Source of the DNA: Candidatus Krumholzibacteriia bacterium
GTDB lineage: Bacteria; Krumholzibacteriota; Krumholzibacteriia; LZORAL124-64-63
Direction of reading: 5' to 3'
DNA length: 64,000 nt
NCBI GenBank assembly: GCA_050174015.1
Contig: JBFXKG010000007.1
Coordinates: 96,001 to 160,000 of the forward strand
The notes below the pieces were generated by a model. It ran no database searches, had not been told where the DNA came from, and saw only the letters and a program-made list of their open reading frames with translations. Made by a program: the position numbers and the translations under genes. This document shows positions 26,082-35,659 of this stretch, piece by piece (position 1 is the first letter of the stretch; every line of letters begins with the position of its first letter).

Positions 26082-28286
26082 TTAAAAAGTCCAATTTCCT
26101 CTGAAGTGGAGATTGACCGGGGTGCTCCGCTGCCCCAGTTGCCTGGTGTACTGCCACTCGGCGCCGCCCTCGATCAGCAGGCTGCCGGTCGCCCGCCAGG
26201 TCAGGTTGGCCCCGCCTCCCCGCTGGATGATCTCGGTGGCCGTGTCCTGGAAATCGTTCAGGAAGAACTGGGGAACCAGGCGCCCCCCCGGCAGGGGGGA
26301 CCAGCCCAGGCTGTTCCTGAGCACCCAGTCCGAATCGCCGCCGCGCTGCTGGTAGCGGGCGAGGCTGGACCAGCGCAGGAGCGGCAACAGGGCCCAGCTG
26401 AGGATGCCCTCGGTCTGGTTGAACTCGGTGAAGCCGCTGCCTCCGGTCTGTTCGGTGACCCAGCGATCGGTCCGGCGCAGGTCGACCTGGACGCTCGGAC
26501 GGGGCGAGCCCCGGACCGACGTCGTGGTGAACCAGGTCGAGGACTCGGTGTCCTCCAGCTGGAAATCCCTGCTCCCGTAACCCATCTGCTGGACGATCTC
26601 GAGGTCGGGGAAGACGTCCCAGGAACCCTGCAGGGTGTAGTTGTCGGTCGTCTGGTTGCGCCCCGCGCTGCGGTCGTCGGTGCGCAGCCAGGAGAGCCTC
26701 AGCCGCCCCCTGCGCGCCTGGTCGCTTGCCAGGGAGAGCTGCTCGCTGGTGGCGTCGGTGCTGGCCCGGCCGTCCCTGGTGAGCTTGTTGATCATGTAGC
26801 GTCCGGAAAGGGACCAGGTCCCCGGACGCCAGCGGGCGCCGAAGATGTGGTACTGCCCGTTCAGGTCCCGCGCGCTGTCGTCGAATTCCTGCAGGGAGAT
26901 GTCGGTGTTGTAGGAGACGTCGAGATTGGTGCGGAGGTCGTATCCCAGTTCCCCGATCAACCGGTGCCGGCGCGTGGTCTGCCTCGTCTCGCTGGTCGTC
27001 GCGGCGCGGTAGACTTCCAGTTCGGTCACGAAGATTCCCGGTCCGGTCTGTCCCAGCTTGATGTCCACGAACTTGATGAAGCGCGCGGAGACCGGTTCGG
27101 CGAAGGTGAATTCCCAGCCCTGTTCCCCGGTGGGGAACTCCCGGTAGACGGCGGCGACGCCCCCGAGGGCGCCGCCGTACTCCCGCCCCTCGGGATCGTT
27201 GGTGGCGTAGGCGGCCCAGGTCATCAGCTCGGGAAAGTCGAGGATGCGGTCCACGTAGAGGGTCGCGCCGATGATCGGCTCCGCTTCCCCGAAATCGAAG
27301 ATGAGGTTCCGGAAGTCTCCCCCGAATTCCCGGACCGCGGGGGCGTCGTCGCCGAGGTTGATCCCGGTGGAGCCCAGGCGGTCGTTGTCGGTCAGCGAGG
27401 CGGCCTGCAGGGGGTCGTCTTCCAGGGGGTCCCAGGTCTCCGGGGTGTCATCCAGCAGGTAGCCTGCCCAAAGGGGCACCAGCAACTGGCGGCTGGTTCC
27501 TTCCCGGTAGAAGTTCCGCTGCTGGAAGTGGGTCGTGCGCAGCTGGATGGAGGACCTGCCGCGATCCCCGGCGAACCCGGTCGATCCGCTGTAGCTCAGG
27601 TCGTGCGTGCGGAACCGGTTCCTGGATTCCTGCAGGACGTTCTCGTGTTCGGTGTCGGAGAACTGGTAGGTCAGGTTGCCGGCCCGCGCGGCCCGGTAGG
27701 CGGCCGTCAGGTTGAAGCTGCGGTCCTGAAGTTCGCTGTCCTCGAGGACCTCGTGGCGCCAGGCCCGCGTTTCCTGCCAGCGGGTGTCCACGTTCACCTT
27801 GCCGGCGTCGCTGCGGGCCCAGAGCGAGTAGTTCAGCCGGTCGTCGCGCCGGGACGTGCCGCCCTGGAAGAATTCGTCCTTGCGCAACCCGTCGCCGCCG
27901 GCGCCGCAGCGCAGCCATCCGGTCTGATAGGCGAGGCTCAGGGAAGGGACGAGGGACACCCTCTCGGTCTCCGAATCCAGCCCTGCACCGCTGCTCCTGA
28001 TGTTCTCCCGCCGGGCCAGGTAACCCGTCTGCAGCAGCAGCCGCGGAGCGAGGCCGATGCGCTGGCCCACCTGATAGTCCTCGTTCAAGGTGGTGGTCGT
28101 GAAATCAAGGCCCGAGATGACGCCCCCGCGCCGGGCCCCCCGGACCTCGACGCGGCCGTCGAGAGCCATGGCTTCAAGGGGAAGGACCATCAGACCAAGC
28201 AGGGCCGGCAGGGCGGCCGAAGCGACGATCGACCGGACCCGGTGACTTTTCCCCGAAAAGAAGGTGGAATGATCGAGTTTCACCAA
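26082..28286 (-). CDS. Outer-membrane beta-barrel protein with inserted discoidin/F5-8C-like domain
   Basis: Signal peptide (AMA/L), amphipathic beta strands, C-terminal FRGNWTF; central NLIFDFGEAEPI...FAEPVSARFIKFVD...VTELEVY insert; start uncertain. Confidence 0.7.
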   Translation of the reverse strand: MVKLDHSTFFSGKSHRVRSIVASAALPALLGLMVLPLEAMALDGRVEVRGARRGGVISGLDFTTTTLNEDYQVGQRIGLAPRLLLQTGYLARRENIRSSGAGLDSETERVSLVPSLSLAYQTGWLRCGAGGDGLRKDEFFQGGTSRRDDRLNYSLWARSDAGKVNVDTRWQETRAWRHEVLEDSELQDRSFNLTAAYRAARAGNLTYQFSDTEHENVLQESRNRFRTHDLSYSGSTGFAGDRGRSSIQLRTTHFQQRNFYREGTSRQLLVPLWAGYLLDDTPETWDPLEDDPLQAASLTDNDRLGSTGINLGDDAPAVREFGGDFRNLIFDFGEAEPIIGATLYVDRILDFPELMTWAAYATNDPEGREYGGALGGVAAVYREFPTGEQGWEFTFAEPVSARFIKFVDIKLGQTGPGIFVTELEVYRAATTSETRQTTRRHRLIGELGYDLRTNLDVSYNTDISLQEFDDSARDLNGQYHIFGARWRPGTWSLSGRYMINKLTRDGRASTDATSEQLSLASDQARRGRLRLSWLRTDDRSAGRNQTTDNYTLQGSWDVFPDLEIVQQMGYGSRDFQLEDTESSTWFTTTSVRGSPRPSVQVDLRRTDRWVTEQTGGSGFTEFNQTEGILSWALLPLLRWSSLARYQQRGGDSDWVLRNSLGWSPLPGGRLVPQFFLNDFQDTATEIIQRGGGANLTWRATGSLLIEGGAEWQYTRQLGQRSTPVNLHFRGNWTF

Positions 28287-28543
28287 AGTCGTTCCCGGCC
28301 GGCGAGGACCGGCCCATTGCCGTCTTCATCAGGTTCAGGGCCTGGCCCGGGCATGGCGCGCAGGATCCTTCCCGCCCCTGGAGATGTCATGGTGGTTTCC
28401 AGAGAACAAAAAAAACCGGACGTTCCCTGGCTCCGCCGTGACGCGCTATCTGGTTAAGAAAATAACATCATGCGTCAAGGGAATCAATTCTTAATTCCCA
28501 GAATTCAAGGATGATCAACCCTGGAAGTTGATATTTGGTATCA

Positions 28544-29404
28544 TCACGATCCCGGCTTGCCGACCATGGTCGCCAGCATCTTCTCCTGGTCGGAGGAGTC
28601 CGGTCCGGCCGTCTGGTGGCAGGCCAGGCACAGGTCGTACTTGGCGGGGAACGGGATCAGGAGATCCTCGCTGCCTGCGGTCAGAAGATGACAGGTCTGG
28701 CACTCGATCCTGCCGCCGAACAGGGGCGCCCGGTCATCCAGGTCCTTGCGGATGTGCCGCGCAGCGGTGCCGGTGCCCGGCCGCACGAGGACCCCGCGGG
28801 GATGGCTGCTGTGTTCGCTCACCGTGGTGATGCCCTTGGCCGTCGCGGCCTGCCAGGGCGAGGTCCGGTCGGCGTCGTGGCAGAGGAGGCAACCCTCGGA
28901 CAGGGTCTTGCCGATCAGGGCCCCGGATTCCTCGTGGTAGAGCTCCGCCGCCCGGCGGTGTCCTGCGGACAGGGCCTGCAGGTCCGCCCCGGGGGCGTGG
29001 CAGGAGCGGCAATGGCTGGCGTCGACCCGCTTGGCGGCGGTCAGTTCCACGCCGGATCCGGGACCGGTGGTCTTGCCGGGCTCGTGAAAGGAATGGCAGC
29101 GGGCGCAGTTGTCGGAACCCGGACGGTGGAATCCCAGGGTGGCGGCGAGACTTTCCGGATCGTCCTGGTGGCAGGTCCTGCAACGGTCGGACCGCCGATC
29201 ATCGCGGACGCCGGCGGTGGAGACGTCGCCGCCCATGCCCGCCGCGGCCACGCGGCCGCCCTGGAAGTGGCACCGGGTGCAGGCCAGGCGGTCGTGGGGG
29301 TGTGCCGTTTCCTGGGCCTTGGCAACCGGAACCAGGCACAGCAACACGATCACGACGAAGGAGGCGGCCCAGGGGCCTTGCGGGGTTTGATTTGTAATTT
29401 TCAT
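28544..29404 (-). CDS. Periplasmic heptaheme cytochrome c
   Basis: Signal peptide (AKA/Q); CTRCH, CRTCH, CARCH, CRSCH, CLLCH, CQTCH, CLACH. Confidence 0.85.
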   Translation of the reverse strand: MKITNQTPQGPWAASFVVIVLLCLVPVAKAQETAHPHDRLACTRCHFQGGRVAAAGMGGDVSTAGVRDDRRSDRCRTCHQDDPESLAATLGFHRPGSDNCARCHSFHEPGKTTGPGSGVELTAAKRVDASHCRSCHAPGADLQALSAGHRRAAELYHEESGALIGKTLSEGCLLCHDADRTSPWQAATAKGITTVSEHSSHPRGVLVRPGTGTAARHIRKDLDDRAPLFGGRIECQTCHLLTAGSEDLLIPFPAKYDLCLACHQTAGPDSSDQEKMLATMVGKPGS

Positions 29405-29566
29405 ACTTTAAATATCGGAATCATGTTATTCCGGTTTAGAAAATATTTCCGTCTCTGGCCCCGGGGGAGGACAGGGTGAGGGCGGTTTTGCCGGATGGGA
29501 GGTGGAATCGACGGTTAACCATGGCGCCAACCGCCGCCCATGGGGTAGATTGCCGAGATGTGGCCA

Positions 29567-29582
29567 TGGCATGGGGATTGCG
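29567..29582 (+). promoter_or_regulatory. Putative sigma54 (-24/-12) promoter
   Basis: TGGCATG-GGGA-TTGCG fits TGGCAYR-N4-TTGC with GG-N10-GC spacing, upstream of the 29636 operon. Confidence 0.5.
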
Positions 29583-29635
29583 ACCATCAACCGTCCGGAC
29601 CTGACCGGAACCGGCCTGAGCCCTGAACCTGGAGA

Positions 29636-30133
29636 GTGGCGAAAGAGATGATCCCCGCGACCCCGAACGGCCCCGGGCCCCGGATGAGAATCCTGGCGGC
29701 ATCCGTGTTGTGGATCCTGACCCTGGGCGCGCCCGCCACGGGCCAGGACGCGCAGGCGGTCGAGGGCGCCGGTCCGGGCGAGGTCTTCGCCGCCATCGCC
29801 TCAGCCTGGTCGCAGGAGGACCAGCAGGGCCTCGCCGACCGGGTGCATCCGGACGGCTTGAGGGTGGACCTGGCCGGGAACCGGGACCGCTCCATCCACT
29901 ACAGCCCCAGCCAGGCCTTCTACTTCTTCAAGAACCTCTTCCAGGGCCAGAGGACCCTTTCCTTCCGGTTCCAGCGGACCCAGGATGACGCCAGGGGGGA
30001 GCGGGCCCACGGGTTGGCCGCCTGGCGTTCCCGCCGGCCCAGTTCCGAGAACGTCAAGGAAACGAAGCTGGTCTTCGTCCTGGAACTCCACGAGGGACGC
30101 TGGATGCTGTCCGAGATCACCACCATCAAGTAG
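29636..30133 (+). CDS. DUF4783-like exported protein
   Basis: Signal-like segment; YSPSQAFYFFKNLF motif and C-terminal WMLSEI; real start may be 29648 or 29684. Confidence 0.6.
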   Translation: MAKEMIPATPNGPGPRMRILAASVLWILTLGAPATGQDAQAVEGAGPGEVFAAIASAWSQEDQQGLADRVHPDGLRVDLAGNRDRSIHYSPSQAFYFFKNLFQGQRTLSFRFQRTQDDARGERAHGLAAWRSRRPSSENVKETKLVFVLELHEGRWMLSEITTIK

Positions 30134-30142
30134 GAGCCCGCG

Positions 30143-33100
30143 ATGGCCTCGGCGCGCGACCGGGCACTTCCCATGGCGGTCATCCTCTGCCTGGCCGGGC
30201 AGGGCGGGCTCCTGGTCGCATCCGGCAAGGCCACGCCTTCCCCTCACCCCTTCCTGCCGGGAGCCTTCCTGGCCCTCGTCCTGGTCGTCCTGACGGCCAC
30301 CGCGATCGCAACCCGCGGGGGCAGGGTCCGGCATGCGACACCGGGGTTTGCCTCCCTCAAGCCGCTGGCGCTGGTCCTGCTGGCCGTCCAGCTGGGCCTG
30401 GCCTTGGCGCAGTTTCCCTCGACCGTTCCGGCGGCGAGCCGGTTCCCGGGCGAATCGTCCGCGGCCCTGGCGGCAGCCGAAGAGCACCTCGAGGGGATGC
30501 TGGAGGAACTCGAGGCCACCGGCGCCCATCTCCAGGGAGCGCTTGCGAGCGGGAGGGCGGAAGACCGGGACCTGTTCGCCCTGGGCCGATCCGTCCAGGC
30601 CCTCTGGAGCCGGACGGGCGCCGCGGGCTTCCCCCTGGAACTCGTGTTCTGGCGGGGGGAGGAAAGAGTGGCCTGGACCAGCCGCGCCGAACCCCTGACG
30701 CCGCGGGGCGATCCCTGGCTGCGGGAGAACCCCGGCCGTGCCGACCGATTGCTGGAGCAAGGCCGCCATTCCTGGGTCCTGAGGGACCTGGGGGTGACCG
30801 CCGGGGGCGTCCAGGCCGAAATCCAGGTTCCCCTCGCCGAGGGGGTCCTGGAGCCGATGATCCCCGGGGTGGTCCTCCAGGTCCTCGGTCCCGGCAAGGC
30901 CGCCCAGCTGAATCGGACCGATCCCACCGCCGGGAGGAACATCCACCTCGTCGCGGCCGACGGGGAGCCGGTGGCGAGGATCACGGCGGCCGAGGGCGCG
31001 CGGGGCCAGGGCGGGGACCTGATCCGGGTCCGCCTGTTCCTGGCCTCGTTCGGCGTCTGGATGCTGTCCCTGCCGGTCCTGGTCGGGCTGCTGCTGCCGG
31101 GAGCGGGTTGGATCCTCGCCTTGTGGGCGGGGCGGGCAGGTCTCGCCGCGGTCGATTTCTTCCGCTGGCTGCCGCTCTCCTTCCCGGGCCAGGAGTTCCC
31201 TGCCGATCCGCCTTCCCCGGCCAGCCTCTGCGATCCGGCCTATTTCGCCACGCCGGTGGGGTTCGGTCTCTTCGCCTCGGTCGCGGACGCCTTGCTGACG
31301 ACCGCGGTCCTGGGTCTTTCCGGCTGGTGGCTCATGGCCCGCCGGGGCATGGCGGGGGACGGACCGGCCTGGCGGTCCCCCTTCGCAGGCCGCGGACCGG
31401 CGGCCGCCCTGGCCTTCGGGCTGTCCGGGGGATTCGTCCTGCTGCTGCTGCGCGGATTCACCGGGCTCGTCGCCGCCAATGCCAACGCCCGGCTGATCGG
31501 GACGGGCGTCCCGCTGTCATCCCTCTCCTTCTGGGGGCTGCACCTGGTCCTCATGGGGACCGGCTTCGTCGCCGCTTCACTCCTGGCCGCCCTGGTCCGG
31601 GGGGATCGGGATCTCCGGGAGGCCGCGCCTCCCGAGCAGGCGGTATCCCTGCCGGGGGTCTTCGCCGGAGGAATCGCCGCCGTCGGTCTGTCGGGGACGG
31701 CAACCTGGTCGACGGCGGCCCTGGCCGCCGTCCTGGTCCTCCTGTTCTGGATCCTGGCCCCCGGGCTGGGGGCCGGGCACCGTTTCCTGCGACGCTGGAC
31801 CTGGCCGGCCCTGCTGCTGGTGATGGTGGTCTGGACCCACGCGTCGTTGAGGGGCGTCTACGAGCAGGCCGAGCGCAGCTGGCTGCAGAGGAAGTCCGAT
31901 CTCATCACCGAGGCCGACGAGGAGTGGACCCGGTTCCTCCTGGGCAGCCTCCTCGAGGACATGTCCACCCAGGATGCGGCCGCCGGCAAGGCCGACACCC
32001 GCGACACGGGGATCTGGCGGGACGAGGCGGCCTGGAGCCTGTGGCGCAACTCCGCCCTCAGCGACCTGGGGGTGTCCTGCCTGGTCGAATTGCTGGACGA
32101 GCAGGAGCGCGAGGCCAGCCTGATCACCCTGGGCTTCCTGGGGGACTTCCAGTACGAGGTGGTGCGACGGTCTCCCTGGGTCCGGGAAGAGGGAACCCTC
32201 GAGGCCCAGGGGCCGGGCAGTCTCTTCCAGACGGAGCTGCGCAGCTACGGCGGCGGATCCGAATACATCATGATCGGTGAGCGGGAGCGTCTGGATGGCC
32301 GCGGCTGGATCCGCGTGGAGATCCCGGTCAGGTCCTGGCGCATCGCCACCCTCAAGGCCCAGGTGACCGGAGGGGAGACCGGCAACGGCAGGACCTACCG
32401 GCCGCGGGCCGAGGTCGATCGTCCCGTCATCCTGCTGCGGGGGGATGCCCATGGGTGGCTGGACGCCGGCAGCCAGGCCTTTCCCTCCGATGATTCGGCG
32501 ATCGTCCCGGCGATGGCCGCCGGCCGCCAGGCCTGGGGGGAGATCGAGGCGGACGGGGCCCGCTGGCTCGGGCTCTGGAAGCCCCTGCCGCGAGCCGCGG
32601 CCCGCACCATGGGGGAGGGTTTCCTGCTGGGCTTGCAACGCCAGTCCCGCACCGCGGCCCTGCTGGACCTTTCCCGGTTGATGCTGCTCCACCTGACCTT
32701 CTTCTTCGGGGCCCTGGTCGTGGGACAGGGTGTCCGCCTCCTGCTGGGCGGCGGGGGCGGAACTCCCGTCCGGTGGCGGCCCGGATTCCAGGAGCGCTTC
32801 CTGGCAGGGTACCTCCTGCTGGGGTTGTTCCTGCTGCTGGTGGTGGGAACGAGCGTGGACCGGGTAGGCCAGGAACGGGTGCAGGAACAGGCCCGGAGCC
32901 GAACCCGCGCCGGGCTGTCCCTGGCCGTGGAACAGCTGCGGAGCCTGCTGGTGGAGCAGGCCCGGACCCTGGCCGGGAGCGAGTACATCGCCGAACTGCT
33001 GCTGGGACAGCTGGCGGGTCGCCGTCCTGCCGGGCCGGCCGAATTCCAGCAGGCCATGGTGTTCGACGCGGAAGGACGCCTGCTGCTCGACGAGACGCTC

Positions 33101-34939
33101 GGCAACCTCAGCGAGGGCCAGGCCCGCGTGCTGCTCGACGCCGGCCGGGGAGCCCCGTTCGTGGTCCTCCAGGAGGGGCGCGACACCTATCTGGGCGCGG
33201 TGATCCCCATCGACCTGACTGACGTGATGTCGGCCGCCGGGGCCCCCGGCGCTCCCGAGGAGGAGGTCGGGAAGACCTCGGGATTCTTCTTCTACCGGCA
33301 GCGACTGGGCGCCGGCCTGCTCAACGGACTGGCCGATCTGGTCCGGGGGCAGGCCACCCTGCTGCAGAACGGCCGCCCGGTCCTGGCCAGCCATCCGGAG
33401 GGATATTTCTCGGGCGGCACCCCTTTGCTCTCGGATCCCGGCATGATGAACCGCCTGCTGGAGCATCCGGGCAGTCCGGACGTCCTCGCGGCGCCCGGCC
33501 GGCCCTTCGCCTTCACCGGAGCGATGCCGCTGCCCTCCTTCGGGCGCGGCGAGGGCGGAACCTGGTCCCGGTACCGCATTCCCGCGGTGCTGGCGGTCGA
33601 CTTTCCCGACCTGGAGCGGGAGTTCAACGACCAGCGCAAGCGCACGGTCCTGTTCCTGACGGGCCTGGCCAACCTGATCCTGCTGACGGCCCTGGGCCTG
33701 GCGGGGATCATGTCCTGGAACATCTTCCGTCCCCTGCACCTGCTCTCGGCCGCCACCCGGTCCCTCGCCAGGGGGGACTACCGCGCCCCTCTGCCCGAAC
33801 CCGGCACCGACGAGGTCGGCAAGCTGGCCGCCGCGTTCGGGTCCATGCGGGAGGACCTGCACACGGCGCGTGAGCGGCTGGCGGCGCGTGAGCGGTTCCT
33901 GTCGACGGTCCTGGACCGCGTCCCTGTGGGGGTGGCCGTGCTGGGGGAAGGCGACACCCTGGTCGTGCTGAACCCGGCCGGCAGGGCCATCCTGGAGGCG
34001 TTCGGATCGGGGGCGGACCCGGTCCGGACCCTGGCCCGGCTGCGGGACGGGTTCTGCAGGCTGGGGCCGGCGGCGGCGGGGGAACTGCGCAGCGATGACG
34101 GCCGGCGCACCCTGAGGGGCGCGGTGGCGGATCTGCCGGTGCCGGACGGCGGCACCGACACCATGCTGGTCTTCGAGGACATCACGGAGTTCCTGGAGAC
34201 CAAGAAGCTCGCCCTCAACGCCGAACTGGCCCGGCAGGTCGCCCACGAGATCAAGAATCCCCTGACCCCCATCCAGCTGTCGGCCCAGTTGCTGGGACAG
34301 GCGTGGTCCGACCGCCATCCCCGGCTCGATCAGATCGTGCCGGACACCGTCGGGCGCATCCTCCAGCAGGTCACCCTGCTGCGCAGCATCGCCTCGGAAT
34401 TCAGCCTGCTGGGCCGCCCCGACCGGCTCGAAGCGGCCCCACTCGACCTGGAGGCCCTGGTCGTGCAGGTGGTCGCGGCTTACGGCGGCCGGGATCCCCG
34501 GCCGGAGACGGGCGGCGATGAGACGGTCGGGGAGGGGTTCCCCGGCGTCACCGTGGGCAGCCCCGCTCCGCCTCCGGTGCTGGCCCATGCCGAGTCCCTG
34601 CAGAAGATCCTCGGCAATCTGATGCAGAACTCCCTGGACGCAGCAGATCCGGAACGTCCCGTCCGGATCGCGATCCGCTGGCGGTGGGACGCCGATACGG
34701 TGACCATGATCTGGGAGGACAACGGCACGGGGCTGACGGGCGAGGTGGCCGATCGCCTGTTTGATCCCTATTTTTCCACCAAGAGCAAGGGCACCGGACT
34801 GGGGCTCGCCATCTGCCGGAACCTGGCCGACCGCATGGACGGGAGCATCTCCCTGGGCAACCGGACCGACGGTCCGGGTGCGGTGGCGGCCCTCACCTTG
34901 CCTCGGGACCCCGGAGACCGACAGGGAACGACTTCATGA
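30143..34939 (+). CDS. Large multi-TM sensor histidine kinase (NtrY-like HAMP-PAS-HisKA-HATPase C-terminus)
   Basis: HAMP (RPLHLL...DEVGKLAAAFGSM), H-box ARQVAHEIKNPLTPIQL, N-box NLMQNS, DNGTG, FDPYFSTKSKGTGLGLAI. Confidence 0.9.
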   Translation: MASARDRALPMAVILCLAGQGGLLVASGKATPSPHPFLPGAFLALVLVVLTATAIATRGGRVRHATPGFASLKPLALVLLAVQLGLALAQFPSTVPAASRFPGESSAALAAAEEHLEGMLEELEATGAHLQGALASGRAEDRDLFALGRSVQALWSRTGAAGFPLELVFWRGEERVAWTSRAEPLTPRGDPWLRENPGRADRLLEQGRHSWVLRDLGVTAGGVQAEIQVPLAEGVLEPMIPGVVLQVLGPGKAAQLNRTDPTAGRNIHLVAADGEPVARITAAEGARGQGGDLIRVRLFLASFGVWMLSLPVLVGLLLPGAGWILALWAGRAGLAAVDFFRWLPLSFPGQEFPADPPSPASLCDPAYFATPVGFGLFASVADALLTTAVLGLSGWWLMARRGMAGDGPAWRSPFAGRGPAAALAFGLSGGFVLLLLRGFTGLVAANANARLIGTGVPLSSLSFWGLHLVLMGTGFVAASLLAALVRGDRDLREAAPPEQAVSLPGVFAGGIAAVGLSGTATWSTAALAAVLVLLFWILAPGLGAGHRFLRRWTWPALLLVMVVWTHASLRGVYEQAERSWLQRKSDLITEADEEWTRFLLGSLLEDMSTQDAAAGKADTRDTGIWRDEAAWSLWRNSALSDLGVSCLVELLDEQEREASLITLGFLGDFQYEVVRRSPWVREEGTLEAQGPGSLFQTELRSYGGGSEYIMIGERERLDGRGWIRVEIPVRSWRIATLKAQVTGGETGNGRTYRPRAEVDRPVILLRGDAHGWLDAGSQAFPSDDSAIVPAMAAGRQAWGEIEADGARWLGLWKPLPRAAARTMGEGFLLGLQRQSRTAALLDLSRLMLLHLTFFFGALVVGQGVRLLLGGGGGTPVRWRPGFQERFLAGYLLLGLFLLLVVGTSVDRVGQERVQEQARSRTRAGLSLAVEQLRSLLVEQARTLAGSEYIAELLLGQLAGRRPAGPAEFQQAMVFDAEGRLLLDETLGNLSEGQARVLLDAGRGAPFVVLQEGRDTYLGAVIPIDLTDVMSAAGAPGAPEEEVGKTSGFFFYRQRLGAGLLNGLADLVRGQATLLQNGRPVLASHPEGYFSGGTPLLSDPGMMNRLLEHPGSPDVLAAPGRPFAFTGAMPLPSFGRGEGGTWSRYRIPAVLAVDFPDLEREFNDQRKRTVLFLTGLANLILLTALGLAGIMSWNIFRPLHLLSAATRSLARGDYRAPLPEPGTDEVGKLAAAFGSMREDLHTARERLAARERFLSTVLDRVPVGVAVLGEGDTLVVLNPAGRAILEAFGSGADPVRTLARLRDGFCRLGPAAAGELRSDDGRRTLRGAVADLPVPDGGTDTMLVFEDITEFLETKKLALNAELARQVAHEIKNPLTPIQLSAQLLGQAWSDRHPRLDQIVPDTVGRILQQVTLLRSIASEFSLLGRPDRLEAAPLDLEALVVQVVAAYGGRDPRPETGGDETVGEGFPGVTVGSPAPPPVLAHAESLQKILGNLMQNSLDAADPERPVRIAIRWRWDADTVTMIWEDNGTGLTGEVADRLFDPYFSTKSKGTGLGLAICRNLADRMDGSISLGNRTDGPGAVAALTLPRDPGDRQGTTS

Positions 34940-35640
34940 GCATCGGACGCCGCAGGCCCCCGCACCCATTCCCCCCGGGAACCCTGGCCGTCATCGCCTG
35001 GCTCGTTGCGGGCGTCGGAGTGGCCGCAGGCGCCGCGCCGGACGAGGACCAGGTGCGCATCGCCCGCCTCCAGTACGATGGGGGCGGGGACTGGTACTGC
35101 GATCCCAGCAGCCTGCCCAACTGGCTGGAGATCTTCTCGCTTCGCACAGGCATCCCCACCGCCGACCGGGACGTGGTGGTCACCCTCGACAGCGAGGATC
35201 TCTACCGTTACCCGTTCCTGTACATGTCCGGGCACGGGCGGGTGAAGCTGAGCGGAACGGAGGTCCAGGAGCTGCGGCGATACCTGGACGCCGGCGGCTT
35301 CCTTTACGCCGACGACAACTACGGGCTGGACGAGTCGTTCCGCGCCATGATCGGGGAAGTCTTCCCCGGGGAGGAACTGGTGGCCCTGCCCGGCAGCCAT
35401 CCCATCTATTCGAGCTTCTACGAGCTGCCGGGACTGCCCAAGATCCACAAGCACGACGGGGAACCCGCCAGGGGCTTCGGTGTTGTCCGGGACGGGCGGC
35501 TCGTCGTCTTCTACTCGTATTCCTCGGACATCGGCGACGGTCTGGAGGATCCGGACGTCCACGGCGATCCCGCGGAGGTGCGGGAAGCCGCCGCCCGCAT
35601 GGCGGTGAACATCCTGATGTACGCGCTGACCCATCCCTGA
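34936..35640 (+). CDS. DUF4159 domain protein
   Basis: IARLQYDGGGDWY, YPFLYMSGHG, LRRYLDAGGFLYADDNYGLD, GLPKIHKHDG, DIGDGLED. Confidence 0.85.
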   Translation: MSIGRRRPPHPFPPGTLAVIAWLVAGVGVAAGAAPDEDQVRIARLQYDGGGDWYCDPSSLPNWLEIFSLRTGIPTADRDVVVTLDSEDLYRYPFLYMSGHGRVKLSGTEVQELRRYLDAGGFLYADDNYGLDESFRAMIGEVFPGEELVALPGSHPIYSSFYELPGLPKIHKHDGEPARGFGVVRDGRLVVFYSYSSDIGDGLEDPDVHGDPAEVREAAARMAVNILMYALTHP

Positions 35641-35659
35641 TGGGACCCCGGGAGGGGCG

